From NCBI GenBank assembly GCA_976226885.1, contig OZ320320.1:57908001-57972000 (forward strand): DNA of 64,000 nt, given 5' to 3'. Origin of the DNA: Iphione sp. A-MEVVRFRX5 (taxonomy: Eukaryota). Under the pieces are notes generated by a model. The model did not search any database. It worked only from the letters and a program-made list of their open reading frames with translations, and was not told where the DNA came from. Made by a program: the position numbers and the translations under genes. This document shows positions 33,300 to 47,349 of the stretch, piece by piece (the first letter of the stretch is position 1; the number at the start of each line of letters is the position of its first letter).

Positions 33300-33780
33300 A
33301 GTCAGGCAGGTAATTTTTGAGGAGATTATGGTGATTGAAAGAAATAGTTTGAGAGTTTATGGTGATGGAAAGTAAAAGTAGATGTCTGAGAGAATTAACG
33401 GTAATTATTGACGGTAAAGAGCGCCATTTATTTGAGTAATTATTGACGGTATAAGACAACTATTTGTAGTTGTGCTTTCAATGGTAAAAGCTGGAACGAG
33501 GTAATCTGAGAGGGTTTTATTGTTGTGAAAAGTGGGGCAGGTAATCTGGGAGAGTTCACTGTGTTGGGTGGTACAGGTAATTCAGACATGTAAGAAACGT
33601 GAGAATAAGTAATGTGCAAATCTGTGGTGTTGTTAGCTAGACTAGGTCCTCTGTGGGAGTCGACTGTGGGGGGGGGGGTGCATGTAATAGGTGAGAGTTT
33701 ATGGTGGGGAAGATAAAGCAGGTAAAGCGAGGTTTTGAAGGCAGAGTAAGGGGAGGCAAGTACTGTCTGAGTTTACGGCG
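33300..33780. repeat. Degenerate minisatellite-like region
   Basis: Recurring ggtaat..gagagtt(t)atggtg motifs and a duplicated gtaattattgacggta. Confidence 0.45.
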
Positions 33781-33995
33781 GTAATTAATCCGTTGTGATC
33801 AGTGGCAGCTTTAACGAGATAATGAGGCATGGCGGGGACAGGTACAACTAGGCCACGTGATCAGATACTCCTCCGCCTCCTACCATCAGCACCACCTGGA
33901 GGCGCCGCTGTAATTAATCACCCAGCCAGCGTCCGTCATGTGTAAAGCAGGACACCGCTGAGACGCAGCGTTAAAAGAGGCATGCGTTTATAACT

Positions 33996-34023
<28 letters not shown>
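33996..34023. repeat. (TG)n microsatellite (other CA/TG tracts at ~34190, 50820-50862, 62120-62177)
   Basis: Directly visible dinucleotide repeat. Confidence 0.95.
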
Positions 34024-34026
<3 letters not shown>

Positions 34027-37000
34027 TGTTTATCCATGAGTAGTGTATGTAGATTCCATGTATATAGTGCAAATACAAGTGTAATTACAATGTGTAGACC
34101 TGTGTAATTGCTGCTTTCTTTGCCTTTCTCTATATGTTCACCTACATTAATTGTATATATTTATATGTGTGTATGTACGAGTGTGTGTGCCTGTTTGTGT
34201 GTGTGTGTGGGGGGGGGGGGGTCTTCGCGTTGGAGGTTGTATACCGTGTGGGTCTGGCAGTGATACTTTACATATTCTGGCCCTGAGATGACGTACTACC
34301 TCGTGAAAAGCCGTAAAATGTGAGTATAACGGAGTGAATGGTGACTCAATGAATAATAAAACCGGTTATAGGTTACCATTCATAACTGCCCGTCTGTAGG
34401 TGGGCGGTTTTGTGTGTTTGAGTGGGAAGACTATGTTAAAAAAACAACCCATAAAGCCTGATGTATGCTATAAGGATGGCGCGATTTTCAGGTACTAAAA
34501 TACATGTATGTGTACATAAATTATCATGGACTAATAGATGGACAGTTGTGTAGCATTAGTGGCCATTGAATCAGACCCCGATTACTAAAGAAGGACAATA
34601 CAAATGTAGTTCAGTTATGATGAAAGTGGTTTCAGTTCACTATTCGGTAATACGGATATGGGCTAAGGTCCTCTTTCTCTTGACTTATGTACATGAATAC
34701 ATAGATCATGTTGCTAGGTGTCACAGCGATTTAATTTATCAACAGTCGTCCTAGATTTTCCCAAACGGATCGGGGATAATTTAGTTTATGTCAGCACGGA
34801 AGATGGACTAGTGGTGGTCAATTTTGAACCAGTGGCAGATTCTACCTGCAGTGTGTAAAGCTCCTTGGTGACATCCCCAATAAGCTTCAAGTAGAAAAAT
34901 GATTCATATACATGTATATGGATATAGTATTTTGTATATAGCGTATGTTTGTATGTGTACGGGCGTGCGTGTGTGTGTATCTGTGTCCAAGGAAGGATTC
35001 GACAGCGCTGGTGGTCCCGCCCACCCCAACACGCCCCATTTGTATCACACAAAAACAAGTCGTCGTCATTATTGTCTACTTAACCACTAGGTTTGTTGGT
35101 ACAGCTCGACATTTGTATTCTGGTCTTTTTAAAAGCTTCAGGTACAAAAGATCTCTCATAGATAAACCCGGTTCAGTCTCAGACACGGTAATAGGACATT
35201 TTATTGTAATGTACATGTATACCACTCCGATTAAATGGAGTTCTAAGGATACATAGAGTGTATGCAAAAAGGAAAATCCGAGAAATCCATTACATGTATG
35301 AACAAAAGGGCAACCGCGGGTGTTCTGGACTACCATTTCGGAGTAATTACACAGTGCATGGTACAGTGGAAACCCTTTTTATGGTCTTAAATGGAATTTG
35401 GTCTGAAATGAATGTGGTCATAAATAGGGTTTCGACTGTATATCTCCCTCAACAGAGGCTCTGGGAACGAACTTGCTCATAACAAAGTTGACTGGGTTTT
35501 TTTCCGTAGGCTTTGCCTCCCACAATGAAGTGATATCATGTAACACATCTACTTCATGTAACATATCTACTTCGTTAACAGGTAAAGCTGTTTTAGGGAT
35601 AACAGTGATGACCTGGTGTGAGAGAGTAAAAGGTCAACTTCCTTGTACACGTTATGAAAAGCAAGTTTGTGGGGAGGAATTAAGTGGTGGTGGCTGAGTC
35701 ACGGTGAACAGCAGGTTATGTTAATGTCCTCAAAATTGGACACTTTTTCGCAACGATATTTTCCTAGAGAATAAAGAGCGTTTGAACCACGTGATCCAAA
35801 CCACTTCCTTCTAGCCAGGTTACTAACGAGAGAATGGCGAGTGTGAAGGAGGAGGATTATCAAGGAGATACATATCCCCATCCTATCCGTATCCCGAACG
35901 TTGACCGACCATCACCACTTAAGCATTTATTCCTGTATGTTTTATCCCTAACGGCCAGCGTTCTTCCCGCCGGATACCCTGTGGCACGTCTTGATAAACA
36001 AGTCACTTATGTGTGTAAATGGCAAATANNNNNNNNNNNNNNNNNNNNNNNNNNNNNNNNNNNNNNNNNNNNNNNNNNNNNNNNNNNNNNNNNNNNNNNN
36101 NNNNNNNNNNNNNNNNNNNNNNNNNNNNNNNNNNNNNNNNNNNNNNNNNNNNNNNNNNNNNNNNNNNNNNNNNTTACCCCTGAGCGCACAGCTTGTCAGG
36201 CTTTTTATCCTTGCTCACACTAGTGTCACGTTTGATACTGCAGTTTAGGCCACACCAAGTCGTTAACACATAAGCTTTGCCAGTCAACGTTTTGTCTCTT
36301 CCCGCCGCAATTTATATCTGATAACACACATTCATGCCAGCACCCCAGAAGCAATGCTGTCATACTTTGCCGTCTCTCCATCTCCTAACTTCTTCTCATT
36401 AACAAGTGCCTTTGGTACTTGCATTAGTTGTGTACACTAGTGGCGTTTGTTTATTCTCTCTTTTCCAGCATTACATTTATACCAGACATATATGACAAGA
36501 TGACTGTTTCCATGTGTCTAAGGTTTCATATCATGTTTACATTGCTTAACTCCTGCAGAGTGATGTCAAGTCTCTCATTCTCTCACGAGATTTCCACCAC
36601 GACCTATAACGGACCTACTTACCGACAATATTTTGTGTAAGTTCTTGTAATAATACATTTTATTCCATATGGTGTCCTACATGTACTTTCTGTTTCTTTC
36701 TGCACGGATTTTGTCATCACCTCGTCACATGTGCCACCTTTCCCCACACTGTCTCTTCTAACTTCTAATGCTTAAACATTGTAACACAAAGAAGCCATCA
36801 CTCTCCACCACAGCTCCCCCTCCCCCCACCCCCGGGCGGTCTCCACTCCCTCTCCAGTAGTGTGATGACCCGTAGAAGGCAGTCAGGGCGGGTGGAGGGG
36901 ATTGTCATAGATACGACTGGGACTGTTATCTGACCATGTCATCAGCCTTGAAGATAAGAGAGGTTGCGACCATCCTGTCGATGATACGGTTGCATTGGAG

Positions 37001-37632
37001 GCAATGGATACCATAGGACCGTGCCCGCTACTTGTAAGACGGCTTTCATACTAGCCGATCGAGTTAGCTCAGCTCATCCCGACTGAACGATAATTAGGGC
37101 CTGATGATCACAGCGATCATCACAATGCTGTAGCATGCGATCACCACAAAGGTCTCTCTTTTGTCAGTGTTACTTTGGGAGGTAATTTACCTTTGTGACT
37201 TTACACATCGTACTGAATGAGAAAGAAATATCACGTTCTGATTCGTTACAAGTAACAATAGTTAACATACTTCGTAGTAAAAATTTGAAAGATAAGATCT
37301 TCTAAGGCGGTCTTTCCATATGTACATGTTATTTAGGGGATCCCGGGCCAGACTGCTAGAAGTCCGCACATGTCGCCACAGGTCTTTCCATAGATACATC
37401 ATGATTACAATAAATAATAAGAGATCCCTAAAGGGACAGTAGAGAACTAATTTAGTATGATACGTACCAACCACACACCACGCTCGGTTCCACATGCGGG
37501 AGAACTGATACCTCACTGATTTTCATTCCACACATGGAATAGACCCCATAATGTCTGTGCACATTGGTAGGTGTTATTAAAACAAAATGAAACAGGTGTA
37601 GTGCCGTACCTGAATCTGTGTGCGGAAGAGGA

Positions 37633-37815
37633 ATGGATCATGGAACCAGTAGGGTCAACAACCCTCTGCTTGGCCATGAAGATTATTTCTCTTTGGCTGA
37701 CTCAGTAAGGTATGGGACTCTCGTAAAGAAGACGTGTGGTGAACGTAAAGCCCACAGTAGTAAGAGTGGAGGAATAAATGGATTTGTTTTTCATCAATCA
37801 AAATACCAACTGGGT
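37633..37815 (+). CDS. Candidate alternative first coding exon (MDHGTSRVNNPLLGHEDYFSLADSVRYGTL...KYQLG)
   Basis: 61 open codons from gaATGG to a consensus donor GGT|GTAAGT; phase 0, matching the exon at 43781. Confidence 0.35.
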
Positions 37816-40800
37816 GTAAGTCGGGTCCCAGCGTCAATCAGGTGCACCATCATCAACGAACTCTCAGCCGCCTGAGTGTCAAAGAGGTCGGTCGATGATG
37901 TGTTGGCAAGTGTAGTTAGGTAGAATCAGACGACAGTGACTCACACCAGCAAACTTTCCCAAACTACACTCGAGGTCACTCCATCTCTACTGGACTTCAG
38001 TTGAGTTTGTTTGTGTTTTTTTTTTTTCTCGAAAAAATGTTTTATCCACTGCCAAAAGCTACATAATGCTGAACAGATCACAGTACACACTATCAGTGAG
38101 GCTTGTTGCTTGCTGGCAGACATGCGAACTTTGTTTTCAAAGGTCCTGGAACATTCATCACAAAACTGATCAGTAATGGCGTCCATATTTGGCTTGAAAG
38201 GCCTCCGAAACTGGCTGGGCTGCTTTTTTTTAACATTCGTTTTTTAACCAATAAAAATGGCTGTCGTTTTTTTAAACGACAATTATACAAGTAGCGAAAC
38301 ATGCGCCGGTAGCATGATATGACTTTCATAGCTGGCGGCATTTTTAAAAGGGCCTCGCTCACGTACTAGCAAGATAAACATGTCGACTTTGATCATTCAT
38401 TTCGCAAATTGAATTCAAAATGAAATATTAAATGAACTCCCGACGCGCTTAGTGGCGTGATTTTGGCTGGTCCCTAAGCGCCTGTAATCTATCACCCGTA
38501 GCGCACCGGCTACCAGTGGATAAAAATGTCTTGTGGATCTTATCGCCTCCTATTATGGGATGTCCGCCATGGGGGGAGGGTCGGAGAGCCGGGCTGACAC
38601 GCATACACACATTGGCACAATACTAAATTGAAAGCGTGAGAGGGAACGGGAGGGGGAGGTGTAACAGATACAGAGAGACGGACAGACAGATAGACTGGCA
38701 CACTGACTGGAATAGACGGACTACAGACGGACAGAATGGAGGGCAGGGAGAAGACCTGAAGGTATTACAGATATCGGATAAAAGAATTTGAAGGGGAACT
38801 GGAGAAAGACGGAGAATGAGACAGGGATCGAGACTAGAGACACGCAGGCGGTTAGGGAGCCGTTCGGAGGAAAGTGAAGAGAAGAGGGCCGGATAAACAG
38901 ACGGGAGGCCAACGAATTTATGTTGATTCGGCAATTAAAGAGAAAGGAGATGTGTACATGTAATTGTCTGTCACCCACCGTTTTCTTTTCCTTTTATGGT
39001 CTTCTAACTCCCCGAAAGGGATCGACACCAGGGGCTAAAACGGCCATTATATACATCATACTCCTGCTCGTCTCTCTCCTGTTTAAAACAAGTCTTTGAT
39101 CTCGTTTTATTTTCTATTTGTTTTCATCTGATATTGTGCCAGAAAAGGGTCGGTTGAACCAACCAAAGGTCATGGTTCTCTTCCGAAGATTTAGTTCAGG
39201 ACAAACATAAAAGGTAATTGTTTGACGGTGTGCATTCTGTGTCTACAAAACCGACAAAATTGTGCCAAACCGCAGCGTCGTCTGCTTGTGCTGTTATTGT
39301 TACAGGTGTTCTCGTACTTTTAATCACATGACCCATTTGATGTTTGACGTCATGGTCAGACTGTCTGCATCTTTTACCAACTGCTGGCCTCTAGAAATTG
39401 ACGATTATCTGTCTGAGTGAAATAAAATTATGGTTCTATTTGCGTACTCGATTCAGGCTAGTCTCGTGCAGATGTCCAAGGTGCAGAGTAAATGTTTCGC
39501 AGACGCCACGAAAAATTTGCATTGAGACCTATCAGCGGCTAGCAGTTCGGTCAACAGCCACAATGCTTATGTTCGTTTTTCACTGCCCCGTCAACCTTTA
39601 GGTTAGAATTAAGTCAAAGTGCAAAGTGATGTTTGTTCTCTGTAGCGCGCGTCAGGAAACAGGTGGCCATGCCCAACTTTTGGACATTTGTTTCGGGTTT
39701 ATTATATTTGTACCGAACAGAGCGGTAGAAAATGTCACCAAGTCTCGCTTCGGAGGAGACAAATAATAATGAGTGTGCGACGACGAGGAAGTATATTTCA
39801 GCGGTTTTTATATCCGCGTATCTTACGTTAAAAGACGAAAGAATCTACGACTTTCTAAACGCACACCATAACTCCTCCAACCGGCAGCTTAAGCAGACGA
39901 TCAGACCGTCGTCAGCTTAACTAAACACCGTGTTGAATTAAAATACACATTGTCTGACCTATCCCAAGACAATTATTGCATTTGGAGCAAGAACTCTGAC
40001 CATTTCAGAATCAACCCCTAACACGAGCTCTGCGAAAACACCATGAAAACAGGGCCCGGGGGGTTCGAATTGGCAAACTTGGGGAGTGAAGTTCTAATGT
40101 TTTGAGGAAGTGACCTAAAAAGAATCACAACTTTGAAAAGTAGAGATTTTTCATACACTTAAGGCGGTGTAGCCTTTGGCTTGAATGATTCATAAGTTTG
40201 TCGAAGATCTCGCATTTCATTCTGGTCCCGTAGCAGAAAGTCGTCTGCTCAACAAAAGACGACCGCCAGACGCCTGGTAAAGCGTTAAAGACGTCTCGAA
40301 AGGCATTGTTTATGTTCGTTTGCTCTCACTATGTAACTCTTATTCACGTCCTTCTCTTTCATTTTTTTCTTACATCGCTGTTTTATTGTCATCCATCACC
40401 GTTCGGTTCTCCTCTTCNNNNNNNNNNNNNNNNNNNNNNNNNNNNNNNNNNNNNNNNNNNNNNNNNNNNNNNNNNNNNNNNNNNNNNNNNNNNNNNNNNN
40501 NNNNNNNNNNNNNNNNNNNNNNNNNNNNNNNNNNNNNNNNNNNNNNNNNNNNNNNNNNNNNNNNNNNNNNNNNNNNNNNNNNNNNNNNNNNNNNNNNNNN
40601 NNNNACAAGATGAGGATAACCATTCAAAATGTCTACCTAACAAAGATTTGTTTCAGGGAAGGCGTTCTCTGAGCCATTATTTGGATTTTTCTATGGCCCA
40701 CGTGGTCGGTGTCACCTGAGAGGTCTCAATTACTGGCCTGTCGAACGCCGCAGTCAATGTGAAGGTCATTGCTTTGCTATTTGCGCATGCGTGTAGGATG

Positions 40801-43329
40801 ATGTATAGACGCTCGTCGAATTTCAACGCTGCGAGCTATGAATATATTACGTCCATATTTGGCGTCCTCTATAAAAGTCTCCCCCTATTAAATGCAATTT
40901 TTAAGCTCTTTTTGTCATTTACCTGTGCATTTATTTAACCATTTTTAATCATATTTAGGCCATGTCGTAACGCCAATACGGTCGCCCGATCTTTCCTATC
41001 ATTCATGTGATTACCTTAGTAAGCCCTGAAATGTTTCTCTTCCGATTGTCAGAAATGAATACACTCAGTTATAATTTGATGGAAAACCATGTCTTGTTAT
41101 ACTGTTGCTGTCTCTCAGCATGCGTCGTAATTATAATGAAGCGCACGTGCAACGCAAAGGTTCATGTTTGACATTTTTACCTCTGGTTTTTATTGCAGCA
41201 TGAACATGTTCACCTCATTCATACGCCCACTATCATTTATTTGTCCCTATCGTTTTGGCATATACTCCATGATTGCTGATGATAACATACCTGCACTTTC
41301 TCCCCGAAGCAAAAACGAGAGAAAATTGCACCCTAACTGGGAATGTAAGGCAAAAAATAAATGTACATTTCCCTTTAACCTAGTGACGCCTGTTTTTGTT
41401 ACGCTTTACTATTATGAAAAGGATTATCCTATTTTTATTTTTATATATATTTCATTTTAGGGTAAGATTTGAAATTCCCATTTGAAATGATGTTTAAAAC
41501 ACAAATTTAAAGGGGGCAAGTTCAGGGAGCCGTACTTTTGAAATTGCCTTCTGTTATAAAATCATTTAATAAATTGCACGAACGACCGAGCGTGTAACTC
41601 TCAGACTCTGCAGGCTGTTCAGGGCTTAAATTGAGCTGTATCACATTGCATTTTTTGCAGGACTTGAACGTGATTGAATTTCTTTTGTAGAAAGATTGTT
41701 TAAAATCCATAATGATCACAAAGTTGCATATGCTGCAAATGTCGTTGCAGAAAACATCAAATTGGAGGTCGTTAAAATACTGTATGTGTAGCTGCTCTAC
41801 GGTGATTTCACAAGTGCATTGGGATGCTATGAGAGTATGTCGTAAAATTTGTCCCTCTCTGTATATTCAAAGCATTTTCAATCTGTTCTCAAGTGGTGTT
41901 AAAGGTTTCTAAGGCACGGTCTTGTGTGATTCAGTGACAGTGTGATTGGATGCTAACAGCTCTAGTTGTATATGTAAATGTGTATATCCAGAACCCATTA
42001 TGGTATGTACCTGTATCTAGAACGCATCTGTTAAACATGTGTACTTGTAGTGTCCTGTGGTGGTTCGATGTATGATGGTATGTTAACCTCAGTTTACACT
42101 TCATAATTTTCATGTGTGTACCTTCATCTCTCCACAACTCGAGTTAAAAATATCATGATTTGATATTTGCGAAATGATGCCAACCCCTCCATAATAATTT
42201 TGTTGTATGTGTGTATCTCTCCTCACAATTGAAAGAGTGGGGGGAAAACTCGTGTGTGTATGCGACGAAACGCTGCCATATACCAGTTTGGAATGAACTT
42301 TTCCCCATCAATTACAGGCTTGACAGAATGAAAAAAAGTTTTCCCGTTCGTCGGTGTCATTTGTTCCGTAAAAGAATTAAACTTTCCGCACTTAGCTTTT
42401 CCCTCCACCTTTCTCGGGACACGAAGTGGAAGGATACTACATCTATTTGCCTTTGGTTTCTACCTGCAGCAAACTGCACTGACACAGAATTCATCGCATT
42501 AAAGCATTCATATGTATAAAAAAAATCTGCGCAAAACATGTTATTGAATATTACTGACAATTCACATTGGGATAATTAGTGGGAATAACCTTTTCTTAAG
42601 TGCAGGCGTTGTTTCATCCTTGAAAAGTGTGCATGGAATAAGTTATCATGAAAGTTCTTCCATTGTCACCACGCTCATGAATTCAGTTCTGCATATCTTA
42701 AGAAGATTCATTCAGACTGATTTTATATTTATCAATTATGTAGTGATATAATCAATTTTTGCATTTCATTTCATTCAACAGTCAATATTTCAAAACAGAT
42801 TTTTCAGTTCATCAGAACTAAGGCCAGGTTTCCATGTACACTTGTTGGCATGTCCATGCATGTGTTTTTCTAAACATGATTTTTTTTTTAACAGTGGTTA
42901 ACATGATGAGTGTTTCCATGTAGGCATGGGTGTGTCTATCCATGTGTGGGCATGTATATCCATGCATGTCTGTGGATAAACATGTTTGAAAAATGGGAAC
43001 TGTCCCATTCTTCCATGAAAGACGTTTGGCATGTGTATTTTGGACAAAGTCATTGTGACAGGCATGTAGATGTGAAAACACAGTGACTACATGTGCCACA
43101 GCATATAGACAGCAATTATCGGATTAACAGAAATGCCCCTACGCGTCCTCATACACACAGACACTCTTACGTGCATACATGGAAACCTGGCCTCTCAGAA
43201 ATGCAGTTAGAGATCTGCTGCTTGTGCTGTGCTGAACACACCAGAAAGTTTGACATGTTGATCAGACAAGCATCACATTTTCCTATTCATAGTACAACAG
43301 CAATTTAGATTCATTTTTTTTCTCATTGT

Positions 43330-43657
43330 ATCTTTTACCAGGAACTAGATATTCACCTATCATATGACGGGGATATTCCATATTCTCCTGGGCCAGTAAA
43401 CTACCATATATTATTGAGAATTGAAAGACCAGAATACCCAGGGTTGCCTCCTACTCTTATTTTGAATAGGTTTCTGGGGTCTTTTTGTGCATAGGGGACA
43501 GAATCCTATACACCCATGGCCTTTTTACGAGTTCTGGATCACTCTGGTTTGGGGCTACAGTAAATCTGTCTGGTCTTGATCAAGAGTCCCAGGCCTGTGA
43601 TTGAACCTACAACCTCTGAGTCAGTGGACCAGTGCTCTACCACTGAGTTAATTCAGA
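43330..43657 (-). mobile_element. tRNA-derived SINE, possibly with a Deu/Nin-type core
   Basis: Minus strand A box TAACTCAGTGG-TAGAGC (plus 43640-43650) and B box GGTTCAATC (43599-43607); downstream aaaagaccccag..ctattc..aagagtagg..ccctggg (43427-43490) resembles, from memory, the Deu/Nin domain. Confidence 0.6.
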
Positions 43658-43780
43658 TCTGTTTTTAATTCATTTACAATTTTCATTAAAGCTGTCACTC
43701 ATGCACATTGTCTTATAGAGATAGAGACAAACTTTGGACACCTTTTGTGATTTATTCAAATATTATTTGCGCCTTTGCAG

Positions 43781-43940
43781 CAGTCGAGCTGCGACTCCGA
43801 GTGTTCGATGGCTGATGGGGACGGTGGGCTGGGCGAGGCTCGACGGGGGCGAGCAGGTTCCGACGACGACTGCGTGGTACCCACCATCCAGATGCGCCGA
43901 GTGTCCTCCCTGTCGGACCTCTCGGACGAGTGTTCGCCTG
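43781..43940 (+). CDS. Internal coding exon (QSSCDSECSMADGDGGLGEARRGRAGSDDDCVVPTIQMRRVSSLSDLSDECSP)
   Basis: Acceptor gcctttgcAG (NAGNAG), 160 nt of GC/CpG-rich open frame, consensus donor CTG|GTAAGT; phase 0 to phase 1. Confidence 0.72.
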
Positions 43941-44700
43941 GTAAGTAGGCCCTTTAGCCTTAACCTGGAAGAGGTAAACCATAGCTCCTCCTAACCCCCT
44001 CCCATACACCCATAATCTCTCAGCTTCTGACCAACACTTCCACGTTGGTAGTATATCCCTACCAGTGGACGTCTTTTCCTTTTTAAAACAAAAGTCCCAT
44101 TCCTATCCCCAACCAGTCACCCGCGTCTTGGAATCCTTGCTGCATATATGTAATGAAAATCTGTAATGAATTAATTTGCCATCTGTTGAAATATACTTGC
44201 GTTGATTTCAGTGGAATATTAATACACGTGAATTCTTTATCGCCATTGTGCTCGTTGATACTGACTCGGTCGTTCGCCATGTTGTTCGCCTTCGGTTCAG
44301 TTCAAAGGAATAAGGACATTGGCATGCATTTAGGTTCAACCTAAGTCACCAAGGGTCAAGGGCTTTATGTCACTCGACGGGGTACACCATATTTAACGTT
44401 AGCATGGTTTATTTTTTTCGTCTATTGAAATAAGTTCGTCTGCCCTATCACGCCACTGTCGAACTATAACCGAGTCTTTCTCAAAGCAGATGATTAAAAA
44501 AACTGGAATCGGTTTCTCTTCTCCTTTAAAGACAAGGAAGCATCGCTTCAAAAAATATTCTGTAGCCCTTCTAGACGGCATTCAGTTAGGAGCAGGGGAG
44601 ACATCCAAACAGAAAGAAAAATGAAAAGATAATGGCAGAAAAAATATATTATGCATAAAAAGGAGAACACCAAAACGATAAGAGTGAAAGGTAACTGGCG

Positions 44701-44785
44701 ATGACACCTCAACCGTTCGACTTCTCCAGCTGTCACGTGACCGAGTTGTCTTCCTTCCGCAGACGACATTTCTGCGTGGAATTTA
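44701..44785 (+). CDS. Candidate alternative first coding exon (MTPQPFDFSSCHVTELSSFRRRHFCVEF, phase 1)
   Basis: gcgATGA start, 28 codons plus 1 nt, donor TA|GTAAGC. Confidence 0.3.
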
Positions 44786-47349
44786 GTAAGCACGCGATTC
44801 AACGGTCTGTGATTTCCATCATTTCCTTCAATATTTTCGAAGAAATTCAATACGATTTTCACTGTAAAGTCATTTCTCAGTGACTCCTCCGATTGAAATA
44901 TTTACGTTGATTTCAAAGTATCTTGTTTCGTCTTCAATGGCATGTGGTTCGGGAAAAAATATTACTTTAAACTCTTGGACAGATATGTAGGTTAACTTAA
45001 AAGTACTCTAGCGCACTGGGGAAAAAATGAAACTCCGCGAAATGTTTAAGTATTGACGATAATTGTAAGTGACGTCATAGTTCCCCTCGGTTGAAAACGA
45101 CACGAATTGAAGGTGGGCCGAGAATGTCGTCTGGGTAGGGGGTACGGTTTTTCCCCCCGCTTGTTCCCTATTTGAACTAATTTCAAGCACATTTTCTCCA
45201 TGCTGAGTGACAGTCTGCGGCCTGGTTCTCGTTGCTGGTACCAGGAGGGTGGCACTGGTCCTGGAAGCTCTGGTGGAAGGGGTTTTCGGGATGGTTTAAC
45301 AGAACAAGGGAAAGGGTAAGGGGAGATGAGGGTAGGAGGGATGGCGGTTAAACTGGTACCCAGCAGTCTCCGGGTTTTGTTCTCGCGAGACACGCCGATC
45401 TCCAGTAACAGCTGTAGGAGTAGCCACCTGGTGGGGATGCAGCGCATTATAAGTGTCTACTGGAACCCTGGACAGACAGACGCTCCCCCCTGGCTCCCCT
45501 CCTGGTACTTGCATGTTTGCGTGATGGCCAGGAACCAGGAGAGCAGTGGGGGAAAAGAGAGGGAGAGCGACAAGTAAGGGAAGAGCCGGGGGCAGACAGT
45601 CCATCAGATGGAGGCAAATAGAGATGCGTAAGAATGGTTGAGATGGCAGACAGTGGCATATAGTCAGATACCCAGAAAACGTTTAAAAAATAAATACATG
45701 TAGTAGAAACGACCAACAGTGTAACGTGTAGAACAAAGTTACAAATGGTCGGGAGATGTCCATGGGCCGAGGCCTTGGATGAGTTTAAGATACACAGCTG
45801 GCAACAAGCTGAGAGTTACTCCAATAACGACTCAAAGAAATGGTCGTCATGTTGGGAGTGGAGAAGGGGAAGGGGGCCCGTGTTGTCACATCTGGTTCCC
45901 TGCCTCCTTGCGACGCTCCGGGTCATATGACTGTGACCCCCTCCCGCTTTCTCCACCTCGCTTTTACCACCCTCACCTTCACCACCGAACCCAACGAATT
46001 GACTGCTGCTGTGAAGGAAAATACGAAAACAAGTCCAACAGGAATAAAGTCCGACTTCGCATGCGAAACCCTTCTGGCGCCCTCTCCTTGTATCTTGACT
46101 GGGTCTCCTCTCACGTGACCATAACTGTTTCCTTAGACGGATCAAAGTTTCTAGTCTCCGGCGGTATCATAGCTGCTTTACATGACAAACATCAGGGCTT
46201 TTATACAGTATGATATAGTAATATGGTGGTATATATTGCCTGTGTCAGTGGATTCTCAAGTTCTTCTTTAAAAAGATGTCTATTTCGTGCTTCGAAATTG
46301 GGGGCAGGCCATTATTTGTGATGACGTTATTACTCATCACCTCAGAAGAAACGTCGTCTATGGAGAGACGCGCACTGCCCGCCCGTGGCGGCGTCACGTG
46401 AAAGAGACAGACGACGACAGGTGGCGCCCCATTCATCCTTACTCCTCCAGGCGGGAACCCGCGAACCTCACCAAAGGACCCTCCCTATCTTACTCCACCC
46501 CGCAAGGACTGCTAACCCCCCAGGCTCTTTCTTTCAAACGATCATTCTTGTTGAGACAAACTCAGGGGGTAGACCAGGATTAAGTAGCCAGCCTCTGTGA
46601 ATGATATCAATTTTTGTTTTGTTTTTACTACACCACCCAGTCAAAGTGTACTTTGTTGCATCCTGAATATTTTTCAAGGCCCAAATGTAAACGTTTGGCA
46701 AAAATAATCTGCTCCTCCCTGTTAGTAGTTTGATTTCATTGTGAATGTTCTTCAGACGAGTCTGACTGATGTCACTTTGAGGTCACACTTTTTTCATCCG
46801 CTGTGAAGGGTTTTTATTGACGCTGTTGTATCTCTGTGGTTTCAAACCAAAGACCGTCTTTTCCACGAAGAGATCCACCGTAGTACTCCCCGTCTAGCGG
46901 CAATCACAGACCGACCACAAGGCGAGTTTCTCCAAGTGAAGCCTGTCTCTGATTGGCTCAGCGGGATAGGGGTCAACGGGTCACCCTGTCACGTGCCGAG
47001 GTCACGTGGCGGGCGTGGGAGCGGTCTGCCACCTCGTGGTGGGGCGGCGAACTAAAAGACAAGGAAAGGGCACTGGGCGTCTCCACTGCATCCTTGCAGC
47101 GTCCCACCGTTTGCTCCCAAACTTGAGTCACAAGTCGCCATCGCGCGACCGTTAGTTATTCTTTCTCTCCTTTTTGTACTCGGCATTTTGTTTTCTATCG
47201 CGTTTTTAAGGGCCTCTCGCTTCAGCGCGGTTTCCTCGCGCCTAGAGACCCACTCCCAGCTGGTCCTGAGATAAGGGCGACACGGACACCCGAGCGGACC
47301 CTATCTGGGCGTCTAGAGATGGTTAAGGTCACGTGGATGTGTGACGTCA
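44732..47349. promoter_or_regulatory. Cluster of TCACGTG E-boxes and CREs
   Basis: GTCACGTGAC 44732, TCACGTGAC 46111, GTCACGTGA 46393, GTCACGTG 46988, 47001 and 47328; TGACGTCA 45070 and 47342. Confidence 0.5.

Noticed and set aside
34335-34382. Hairpin as pre-miRNA
   Set aside because: Only an 11-bp stem with a 26-nt loop; does not fit pre-miRNA geometry.
22043-44785. Naming the host gene (e.g. PDE4/dunce or AMPK gamma, suggested by the multi-promoter layout and RRxS motif)
   Set aside because: No diagnostic domain (UCR1/2, catalytic, CBS) is visible in the window.
45046-46583. Several 80-145 aa ORFs on both strands
   Set aside because: GC-rich regulatory-looking sequence, no homology I can recognise and no consistent splice sites; an exon cannot be excluded.
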